The notes under the pieces are model-generated. The model was not told where the DNA came from. It worked only from the letters and a program-made list of their open reading frames with translations, and did no database searches. From Rotaria socialis (taxonomy: Eukaryota), in the NCBI GenBank assembly GCA_905331015.1, contig CAJNXB010000003.1, positions 308,570 to 324,047 on the forward strand: DNA of 15,478 nucleotides, written 5' to 3'. A program made the translations under genes and the position numbers. Of the stretch, positions 1 to 8,937 are shown in pieces (the stretch's first letter is position 1; each line of letters begins with the position of its first letter).

Positions 1-30
1 AGCCCCCCCCCCCTCCTAGATACGCCACTA
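1..30. other. Poly-C tract (11 C) followed by CTAGATACGCCACTA; reverse complement TAGTGGCGTATCTAGGAGGGGG resembles the G-rich ends seen in some eukaryotic DNA transposons
   Basis: Direct reading of positions 3-30; only one end is visible at the window edge, so no TIR or TSD test is possible. Confidence 0.25.
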
Positions 31-97
31 ACACACACACACTTAATCTTGTAGTGAAATGTTAATGAATGCATAGAGTTTAGTTCATGAATGAGTG

Positions 98-403
98 TCA
101 ACAATGTAAAAGAACACTGACGGCGTTTGAACCAGCGTTTCCGACAATAATATCCGGTTTATTGTCACTATTCACATCAACTACTGCTACTGATGCTGGA
201 TATGTGCCGGTTGCGTAAGTAATTTGAGTAAGAAATGTGCCACTGCCATTGTTGACGAGAACACTGACGGTGTTCGAACCATAGTTTGCGACAATAATAT
301 CCGGTTTATTGTCACTATTCACATCAACTACTGCTACTGAGGATGTCCTATTACCAGTTGGATAAGTAGTTTGATTAAGAAACATGTTACTACAGGCTAT
401 CAA
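98..403 (-). pseudogene. FG-GAP/VCBS-like beta-propeller repeat fragment (two repeats)
   Basis: Two tandem copies of SVAVVDVNSDNKPDIIVxNxGSNxVSVL in the translated ORF. Short, truncated, with no identifiable signal peptide or full domain set, so probably a fragment or isolated exon. Confidence 0.6.
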
Positions 404-445
404 ATATAAATACTTTTCTTCACATATGTGTATTCATGTAAAGGC

Positions 446-581
446 TAGGACTATAACAGTTCGGAAACAGTTCCGAACTGGTGAACTGTTCAAACAGCTC
501 TCGTGAGCTGAACTGAACTGTTCGCAAAAGTTCATCGGTTCATTTGAACCGGGTTCGTGAGCTGGAGCTGTCGTAGTCCTA
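446..581. mobile_element. Short non-autonomous hAT-like MITE (136 bp)
   Basis: Terminal inverted repeats TAGGACTATAACAG / CTGTCGTAGTCCTA (12 of 14 complementary). Flanked by gtaaaggc (438-445) and gtaaagac (582-589), a 7/8 matching 8-bp target duplication. Interior is GAACTG/CAGTTC-rich and highly palindromic (cagttcggaaacagttccgaactg). Confidence 0.65.
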
Positions 582-1010
582 GTAAAGACACTACCCTATA
601 GTCACATTATATTGCCCCTCTATAACTTTATTTCAGTTCGAATGTAAGTGACACATAGAATAATCAAGTCTCTTGTTTTGGACAATCTCCCACAGTCTAA
701 AACACAATTAAAAGATCTATTTTGTGCGCCTTCTGCGGCAACCTTCTCGAAAAGTTTTTGAAAAAATAGTGATGTCACCTGACTTCTGTTCGTTTCCCTC
801 CAAAACGTACGCTATTTTACTTCACTTCTATCATTTTCCATCCTTTCTCTGACGTGATGTGATGGGGCCAACTAGGGTCTTCAAATAAAGGCGTGGGTGA
901 ATCAATCAATCATTTAGGTAAAATAAAACTGAAAACCACACCCATCATACCCATTATATTACATTTATATAGCTTATTTTTCTGCTCAACTTTAATTCTC
1001 TATCTTTTGA

Positions 1011-1032
1011 TATATATATATATATATATATA
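1011..1032. repeat. (TA)n microsatellite
   Basis: 11 uninterrupted TA units. Confidence 0.9.
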
Positions 1033-1255
1033 AGTAGCAAATGAAAAAGTTCAATGATCTGTTGACATGCAAGTTACTACAGTTTTTATAGAGTATTTTT
1101 TATTTTTTCTCCCATGAAGGTATTATAATGCTAAAAGTCAGTATCGGCTAACTTTTCATACGAAAGGTATTAGAACCTAACATTTTTGGGATTGGTGCCT
1201 TCAGACATCAATGTGTTGAGTGAGCAAATAAGATGAAAAAACATACAGTTTATCG

Positions 1256-1330
1256 AGTGTGTGTGGTTGTGCGTGTGCGTGTGTGGGAGGGTGACTTAAA
1301 ACACTAGCCCGACACATCGACACCCACACC
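1256..1330. repeat. Telomere-like inverted pair A (degenerate G-rich arm, C-rich arm acacccacacc)
   Basis: G arm agtgtgtgtggttgtgcgtgtgcgtgtgtgggagggtg about 1256-1292; C arm 1312-1330. Confidence 0.6.
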
Positions 1331-1411
1331 TAAAAATCGAAAAAGTAACTGAACAAATGTTCGACTTTTTCAACCGAAAATTCATGCTATTTTCAAAAAC
1401 GTTTTCTCGTC

Positions 1412-1466
1412 GGGTGTGGGTGTGGGTGAGAGTAAAGATGAAGAACACCACCCACACTCACACCCA
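1412..1466. repeat. Telomere-like inverted pair B
   Basis: gggtgtgggtgtggg (1412-1426) versus cccacactcacaccc (1451-1465): 14/15 complementary. Confidence 0.8.
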
Positions 1467-1768
1467 TCTCTGCATAGTGTTTTGCATTCTTCGTATCAGA
1501 GAACGAAAATCAGTTATGTTCAAAAATATATGTATGAAGACTTACTTGTCGCTGCTGTAGGTGAGTATCCAAAATACAAGACAAGCGTAGCAGCAAGTGC
1601 TCGAAGTAGAATGATGCCGATCATGCTGAAGTATGTGCACAGTGGCAAACATGGCCAACCAACCCTCGGACAACATCTTAAATGAGATTAACCGATAAAA
1701 TCATCGACATAACATATACTCACTCAAGGAGGACAGTGCTGGCTCCAAGCACCAAATTTTACTATAAA

Positions 1769-1829
1769 GTGCTGAAGGTGCTGAACAGGTGCTGAAGGTG
1801 CTGAACAGGTGCTAGAGATGCTGAAACAT
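1769..1829 (+). repeat. Short tandem repeat, 20-bp unit gtgctgaaggtgctgaacag (2 perfect plus about 1 decayed copy)
   Basis: Direct reading at 1769-1788, 1789-1808, and degenerate copy from 1809. Confidence 0.8.
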
Positions 1830-2336
1830 GCTAAAGATGTTAGTAATTGTGAAAAAGGAACAGTAAAATAAAGGAGAAGTATACAACAGGATGGCATAAT
1901 TCTCTGTTACACTCATTGTTTTTCCCTGGATCTTGGGGAATACACTAATTCCACATTAAAAACAGAGGTGCCGAATTATGAACCTGAATTCACTGAAAAC
2001 CTGCATCTAATTTTATTAGCTTGAGAATCATCATTGAATTCTGATTATTTTCCACGAGTTTATTGTTTATTTTATGAAAACTCAATTTTTAACATCTGGA
2101 GTACCCCTCGAGGATCGAAAAAACGTTCTGTCCAGATTTTAGTGCAAGTAGTTATATTTCCATAAAGTTAAGTTCTCTGATCACAAATATCATCTTAGAT
2201 TTAAAAATTCATTGGATACTAAGAAATATCTGAAGCACTATCGGTAAGACTTAAAAACAGCTATTGGCCCAAAGGTCCATGAATATTCGATTTATACAGT
2301 TTGAAAATAGGTCTTGTTTCAGTCAACGATCATCTT

Positions 2337-2428
2337 GTGGGTGTGGGTGTGGGTGTGGGTGTGGATGCGGATGTGGGTAAATAGAAGATCATACACTCAT
2401 ACACCCGCACACCCGCCCACGTGTACCC
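2337..2428. repeat. Telomere-like inverted pair C, longest G-rich arm
   Basis: gtgggtgtgggtgtgggtgtgggtgtggatgcggatgtgggt (2337-2378); after 14 bp a C-rich arm acactcatacacccgcacacccgcccacgtgtaccc (2393-2428). Confidence 0.8.
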
Positions 2429-3089
2429 GATTTTTCCTACAAAAGGGAGATTTCGTACATTGATTTTTCTGTATTTTTTTTCTATTTCTGGTGGAGGAAA
2501 TTCGATTTAAGGGTGAATGCCCGTCTTGGGAATTTTGGTTCTTCGTTAACGATTTCTGCTTGGCTTTTTGTGAGGTGAATGATTTCTCTTTGGATCGGAA
2601 CGACTTCTCGATTTTGATGGATATTGTCCAGCCCTTGCCTATCAGAGTTCTGGTTCGGGTATAGAAAGTTGTACCCGCGCCGGACTCCAACTCACATCAG
2701 TGATTTTAGCGCCTGATCATGTTGACCGTATTAATTATACTTGAAATTTAGGTATTTTTCAATTGTGAAATATGTTAAAATAATATGATTGTTTTAAAGA
2801 AATATGTACTTTAATAAAACGCAAGCAAAAAAGTACAAGGAAAGCATGTGAACTACCCTTTCAAACTCTCATAAATGGCCACATTCGAATTTAAGAAAAT
2901 CAGAGAAAACAATATTTATTCTCTCGAAAACGAATCATGACTACGAAAACAATTATCAAAAGTTTATTCTTCATCAGAAGAATATTCATCAGCTTCTAAA
3001 AGTGCTTGTTCGAATGACAAAATCTCAGGCGATCGTGTAATATTCATATGATTATTGTATATGATTGCAGCAAGAAAATGTGCATCTAT

Positions 3090-3130
3090 GAGGGTGTGGG
3101 TGTGTCTTGTTTATATACACCCACACCCTC
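3090..3130. repeat. Telomere-like inverted pair D, perfect 14-bp hairpin
   Basis: GAGGGTGTGGGTGT (3090-3103) is exactly complementary to ACACCCACACCCTC (3117-3130), 13-nt loop. Confidence 0.9.
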
Positions 3131-3835
3131 AAAAAAGGTTACTTCTACGCCGAAATCGTCAAATACTACCCTAAAACATACACGATATGCTGTGATTTCT
3201 AGCGGTTATATCAAAAGGGACTTTGGAGCCATCGAATTTCCAATTGAAAAGGATATAGCGCGAACAATCATGCAGCATTTCATTTTGACAATAAAAATCA
3301 TGCTCATTGAGCCAAAATATTTCCACTTCATAAGAGTACGTCACTTTTCAAAGAATTGCGAAATTAGGGCGGTATTTCTAATTTATTGATATGAAAAAAT
3401 TGAGTGTCATAGAAGTTCTTATAGATTGTAATAGAGGGAAAGATGCTACATCGAATAGACCTATTTTCAACAAATGTACACTGAAACTATGTGAACTGTT
3501 AAGTCAAAAGATGGTTTTTCAGACTTTCATAGAGGATTGCAAATCTTTCCTAGTATCCGAATACTCCCACAAAATGAAACGATATTTAAAATAGAACACT
3601 TGGGGTTATCAAAATGGTTAGACCTGAAACAAAATAGGCACAAACATGTTTTTTCGAAATCCTTGGGATGGATCTCAGGCATAAGAATATGAATTGTGAT
3701 AAATTATAAAATAAACTTGAGAAAAGTAATCAAACACACAGATCGATTCTCAGGATATTAAAATTAAGTTGAAATTTTTTTACAGCTATGATCGCTATTT
3801 CGCAAATTTTAAAAATCCAATGGTTTTTCGCACAA

Positions 3836-3998
3836 GGCACTTAATCACTTCATTTTAAGTGAATTAAGTGTTAACGCGAAAAGCTTAATACTTAATATTA
3901 AATATTAAGTGGCTAATGCAAACATTTTTCTATTAATATCAAGTGTTAAGTTAAAACTTAAAATTTAATATTAAATTAACGTTAAACGCCACTCCTAC
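3836..3998. repeat. AT-rich block dominated by TTAAGTG/CACTTAA words, possible decayed MITE
   Basis: ggcacttaatcactt...ttaagtgaattaagtgttaacg...aagtgttaagttaaaactt...cgttaaacgcc; weak terminal inversion GGCACTTAATC / GGCGTTTAACG (7/11). Confidence 0.35.
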
Positions 3999-4314
3999 AG
4001 TCAACAGTATTAGTAAAAGTTATGCAAAATAACAGAAAAAAATTCCGTCGAAAAAATTCTGAAGAAATTTTACCACCAATGATAGGCCTCCTTCAATATA
4101 AACTAATTATAAATTTTATGACACATAAATGATATTTAGAATATCCACAATCAGTTTTCGAATCATAGGTTAAGTGCGTCATCTACAATTCGAATTGGAG
4201 TCATCTATCATTGGGCTATATACCACTATAGGAAAATATTCAAGTTGCACTCATCACTATTTAGCAAATTTACTTAATATTTAGCGTTTTAAATACAGCT
4301 ACGATCCACTAAAA

Positions 4315-4510
4315 TCGATTGTTCGAGCAAAATTTAGTCGCAAATGCAGTAATTAGAAATAATCGATTGATCATCACCCAATTCGATTGTAAAAGATTGG
4401 GGCGATTTCAGTCGATTGTAGAATTAAAATCAGATTCAACTGCAGTAATTAGGTTCGAGAAACCGGATTTGCTCAACCATAATCAAAAATAGTCACGATT
4501 TTTGTGAGGG
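4315..4510. repeat. Repetitive block with TCGATTG/CAATCGA words and duplicated tgcagtaattag
   Basis: aaaatcgattgttcgagcaaaat near the left; tttgctcaaccataatc...cacgattt near the right is roughly its inverse; tgcagtaattag occurs twice. Confidence 0.3.
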
Positions 4511-5366
4511 ATATTTTTCACTGGGTTTTGTGCTTTTTTCTTAGAAAATTGTTAGCACAAAGTAAGTTTTTGCAGTAGAAGTGAAATTATTTGAATTTCC
4601 AAAATTTATTCAAAATTAAATTACGCCTTGAAAAATTTTCTTGGTGTTTGACTAATATTCGAATTCGGATAAGACAAATTCTTCTCTGTTCGTTGCTTGG
4701 AATTTTTATTTCACATTGAGTTTTCCCTTAAACAGCATGTTATTCTGCTATACCAGATGAGCTGCAATGCGATTTGTCTTTGGTCGCATTCTCTCTGAAA
4801 AATTGATACAAACCGCAATAATTGTTTACTAGAAAGCATTGCACAATTTGAAAATAAGCACAAACATGAAGAGTAAATGTTTGATATCAAACAGCATGTA
4901 ATAAAATTGATAAAAACCATAGAAATGAGTTATAATTAGTATAATGAACATCAATTCGAAATATACTATTTGCCGAAACGCTTTTTCATTTATATTGTTA
5001 CATTCGGATGATGTTCTGAGAAAAGCATATGAAAAAATTCACTCGGCATGTGTAAGTAAGTGAGCTTCTCAATATTTTCAGTTTTACGATCCCACGCTTA
5101 TTTCTCTATGAGTGATTGTTATTATCATACTTAAACTTGCATTATGCCAATTAATTATCGGAAATAAAAGATGCTAAAACTCAAGCTAGTGTAGCTAGCA
5201 TCTGTCTACCATTTTGTACTTGTCCAGCGTCTGGTTGATAAGCGCACTGACTGCGAATTTAAAGAGGAAAATAATATATAATGAAAGTTAACATGATATT
5301 CGGGTATTCTCTGTCTTGATTGAATTCCCGGCTTTTGTTGGGTTTTCACTAGGTTGTGTTGGATGA

Positions 5367-5423
5367 GGTGTGGGTGTAATTGTTAATTTGGAACTTTTCC
5401 ACATGCCCATTCACACCCACACC
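5367..5423. repeat. Telomere-like inverted pair E
   Basis: GGTGTGGGTGT (5367-5377) and ACACCCACACC (5413-5423), 11/11 complementary, 35-bp spacer. Confidence 0.85.
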
Positions 5424-5933
5424 CAGGTTTTCATTAGGTCGCTAATGACTATATATATATATGAGTACAATAGATCCGAAATGGCTCTTGTGGACATCAT
5501 AATGTTGAACAAAACATTCTTCTAGCATTCAGATTAGAGTTCGAGATAACAATTAAGGGATAGATTATACGCTAAAATTTTCATGGAATTTAGCGATTTT
5601 CAACTTGCCGAATGATCTTTCTCTTACAGACATTGGCTCTGAACATATAGCTGGTCAGCCTACACGAGTGTCATTCGCCGAAAACCCTCCGCGAATAGTA
5701 TGATTAAGATAGGGCATTATGGAATAGATTCGATCATAAACTTTTCATGGAGATGTAAGCATTCGTTAAGCTCGGACAACGTATCAAACTTCATTCACTT
5801 TGTCTGGTACCAACTTGTATCGATAATACCATAATAGAGACATTTTCCCTTTTCTCTTGCTTTCCTTCCTGTTTATTAACAAATTAAGTTGGAACGGTAC
5901 AAGATTACAGATGAAATGGAAATCCTAGTATTC

Positions 5934-8290
5934 TTAATGATGGTGATGATGACGATAATGATGCTCGCTTTGTCCAGTTGTGTATTCGTTGTATGGTTGT
6001 TGCTGTTGAATGGCTCCACCACCAAATTGATTAGCTGTATAACCGTACCCTCCTTGCTGCTGGTAAACACCAGCACCGGGTCCATATTGATCACCTTGCC
6101 AGTTAAATGTGCCATTCGGTCCATACTGCTCGTGGGCAATATGATGGGCTTGCTGCTTAGCGAGATGTTTCAGTTTTTCGCGATCCAGAAAGTCGAGTCC
6201 CTTTGTCTCGATTAGTTTGTCAACTTCGGCGGCGGCAAAACCAGCGAGCATCTCTTTCATAAGTGGGTGCGACACGTGCTGGCCTGTACGACGCACGTGA
6301 TCTTCATAGGCCTTCATAGCTAAATAAACAGATAGATAAGGGCAATTTTTGTGAATCTGGAATGTCCAATAACATAAGTGGTCGATTATTTTTGGTGTAA
6401 ATCAAATCGAATATGATTCTCTCATGTTTCATTCGATTCCTCGCTTAGAGGAACATTGAACTGCTGTGAGTATCGCTAGAGAAACGTTTTGCCAATTTTC
6501 TTTTGTTAAAAGTCTTACAAACTACAAAAAACCATTCGTTTCTCAGTTTTTGCCAACTTTTAATATCATAATAGAGCACGTGGAGGTCAATCAGCAAAAA
6601 GATTGACAAATCATGTTACGGGCCTGCCCTCTCATATTCTAATATCATTTCTGTTTCACCGATGTGACGTCATTCTTTACGTATTCAGATATATCTCTTT
6701 CTTCGGTGCAATATCTTTCGATCACATTATCTTCGTTTTCTTGTATTCGTTTTCTCTTTCATTTACCCTGGACGTGCAGAACGGACATATATATGTGTGT
6801 TTCTTTCTGTTCTAGCTGGTCTGATGTAGTGTAGTCGTTGTGTGTATGTGTATCCATACGTGTTAAGTAGTGATTTAGTAAGTGACGGGGAGAATAATAT
6901 CTTCCCCTAATAGATCATATTCAAGTAAAGGGTATGAGAAGTTTCAATGCTGCTACCTGACCGTTTTGATTTCGCGATCAACTATAGTTTTTGGAATAAT
7001 GTACTGCTCTGAGACGATGTGTAGTTAACTTTGTCAAATATGTTGAAGATTAAACTTAATTTCCCGCAAAAAAATACCGATCAAAGAAAGCAGGATATTG
7101 CCAATATCTCTTCGTGAAGTAAATCGTTCAATTCGAAACTTTCATTCTTTCTTTCTTCTCTGTTATGTTCTCTCTAAATATTCAAAAATTGAAATATCAC
7201 AAGAGATTTTTCGTCAAATTTTTCTCATGATATTGTCTTTCACTTAAATTACATAATCTATGAAACCGAAATAAGTTGCAAAGTTGCTATACCTCTCGGC
7301 TTATCGTATGGCACGTATTCAAACAGTTCATTTAAATTTTAAAACACTCAATCAATAGAGGGCACTCGCAAAAATTCGAAATAGTAGTAGATGATACTTG
7401 TTACCTCAAGAACAGATCTCAGTTTTTTGAGTGGGTAGCGCTCGATTCAGATTAATGCGTTCTATCGGATGATATATAATATATTCTGTTTCATCGATAT
7501 GTTTGAAGAGTGTTTTTGAGAAATATGCTGAAGATCTTTGATGTGCTATAGGCCTATTTGGAATTTTCGAACAGAGTAGAATCAAATGTAGAGAGAGTGA
7601 GAATTTGTTGGGTGTTAAAAAATGTTCTATCGCATTGCATGCCGGATTGTCTATGTGAACACTTTCAATCGGCAAGTAGGTCATCAGGAGTAACTATATA
7701 ATAATATAGCCTCTTTAGCAGCTCTAACGTAAGAATCCTCTGAATCAAGCTGTTTTTGCCTTACATGCTAATATAGAGAGTATGATTGGACGAAATCGTC
7801 ACAAAAATTGTCGATCATTCAGCTTAATATCCGTGAACAGTACACCGGCACCAGTCTGGCTTCGATATACTCAATAGGTTTTACCTATAGGATGGATGAT
7901 GCCATAGATGTTACATTTATGATAAGAAGATATTCCACGTCACAGATAAAAGGAGAAAATGCTACCTTCAGATTTGACTCAGCCCGATGTATGATTTCTA
8001 AGGCTGGTATTTCAAAGGATTTTTTCTTTATTGTTCAGTTTTATTTAAGAAAAAATCATGGATAGCAAGTGCTATGTCCCAAACGACAACTCACTTTATT
8101 CAGGCTGACATGAGATGGAAAGAATAAGAGCCTCACCTGCAAAGCCTGCAGCTGCGCTCACCAGCTCATGAGTCAACGAAGATTTGTGATGATCATGTTG
8201 TTGGTCGTTCCGGTAGCGTTCATTACTGTAGACCTGTTCATGGGCCTTCTTGCTGTCGCTCATACCAAAAAGTTTGTGCAAAAATGCCAT
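5934..8290 (-). CDS. CipC-like (DUF3759-family) protein; spliced join of complement(8137..8290) and complement(5934..6319), 179 aa, with a Gln/Gly-rich and His-rich C-terminal tail
   Basis: Exon 1 MAFLHKLFGMSDSKKAHEQVYSNERYRNDQQHDHHKSSLTHELVSAAAGFA ends gcag|gtgagg. Exon 2 follows tttatttag| and restores the frame (G|CT = Ala), giving AAAGFAAMKAYEDHVRRTGQ...LLAGFAAAEVDKLIETKGLDFLDREK-like sequence. Exon lengths 154+386 = 540 nt = 180 codons. The SHEL.A.AA.F.A.KAYEDH and ETKGLDF.DREK motifs match my recollection of fungal CipC-like proteins. Confidence 0.85.
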
Positions 8291-8346
8291 CGTAACTATC
8301 AACGTTTATATCTCGTACTTAGTACTCGTCTAATAAATGAAGACTA

Positions 8347-8354
8347 CTTATATA
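8347..8354 (-). promoter_or_regulatory. Candidate TATA box (TATATAAG) for the CipC-like gene
   Basis: cttatata on +, about 60 bp upstream of the ATG at 8290. Confidence 0.4.
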
Positions 8355-8421
8355 TTTTATTTTGATGGCGCGCAAATAGAGAGAAAAAACAACAGCGTAT
8401 TCGATGCATAAATAAAAAGCT

Positions 8422-8460
8422 GTCACTCACTCGCTCACTCATTCACTCACTGACTCATTG
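8422..8460. repeat. Imperfect CACT/CATT tetranucleotide repeat
   Basis: gtcactcactcgctcactcattcactcactgactcatt. Confidence 0.7.
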
Positions 8461-8630
8461 TGAATCACGTTTGTCGTTCTGTTTCCCCCGCACACTGCCG
8501 ACACGAAAGAAAAATCTTCCGTTTACTTTTCTCGGGATGTAAGTAAACAAAAGAAAAGGAGAATAGCAGCAATTCTAGCAGAAAATCGATGGCATCATAG
8601 GTGAACTACAGAAGCATCAAAGTGCCAATT

Positions 8631-8696
8631 TGGGTGTGAGTGTGGTTGGATATATGGCTAGCAGTTGATAGAAGATCTAATCCCACACCCACACCC
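8631..8696. repeat. Telomere-like inverted pair F
   Basis: GGGTGTGAGTGTGG (from 8632) versus ccacacccacaccc (8683-8696), 13/14 complementary; lies between two divergent genes. Confidence 0.75.
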
Positions 8697-8818
8697 TTTC
8701 TTTTGATATTATTTCGTTTCTGCTGTTTTAATTTGTGCCAAAATTATATCATTCGATGTAGAAACTGATTAGTGTTCTTATTTTACTCTGTATTAAATTA
8801 AACTAAGCTACCCAGTTG

Positions 8819-8826
8819 TATATAAA
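8819..8826 (+). promoter_or_regulatory. Candidate TATA box (TATATAAA) for the ORF starting at 8938
   Basis: tatataaa about 112 bp upstream of the ATG at 8938. Confidence 0.4.
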
Positions 8827-8937
8827 TTCGAAGCATAACAGTAGAAACATAGCATTTTTCATACTTGATCATATTCATCTACCACTCTCTTCTCAAGCGT
8901 CGAACAGCAACGGACGATAATGTAGAACATCAGCCAA

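Noticed and set aside
1357-1685. ORFs MFDFFNRKF... and MGVGESKDEEHHPHSHPSLHS...
   Set aside because: They run through the GT/CA-rich inverted pair B; the His/Pro/Ser run is just that tract translated. No domain, splice or signal evidence.
2397-2690. Minus-strand ORF MESGAGTTFYTRTRTLIGKG...
   Set aside because: Starts from a non-ATG codon, Lys/Ser/Thr-rich composition with no motif, and its C-terminus is the C-rich telomere-like arm. Insufficient support.
3391-3594. Plus-strand ORF MKKLSVIEVLIDCNRG...
   Set aside because: Short, unrecognised, in AT-rich sequence, no splice or promoter context. Could be an exon but cannot be supported.
5876-6215. Overlapping ORFs 5876..6139 (-) and 5889..6215 (+)
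   Set aside because: Out-of-frame or antisense shadows of exon 2 of the CipC-like gene.
7406-7684. Minus-strand ORF MTYLPIESVHIDNPACNAIEHF...
   Set aside because: Inside the 1.8-kb intron, starts from a non-ATG codon, no recognised motif.
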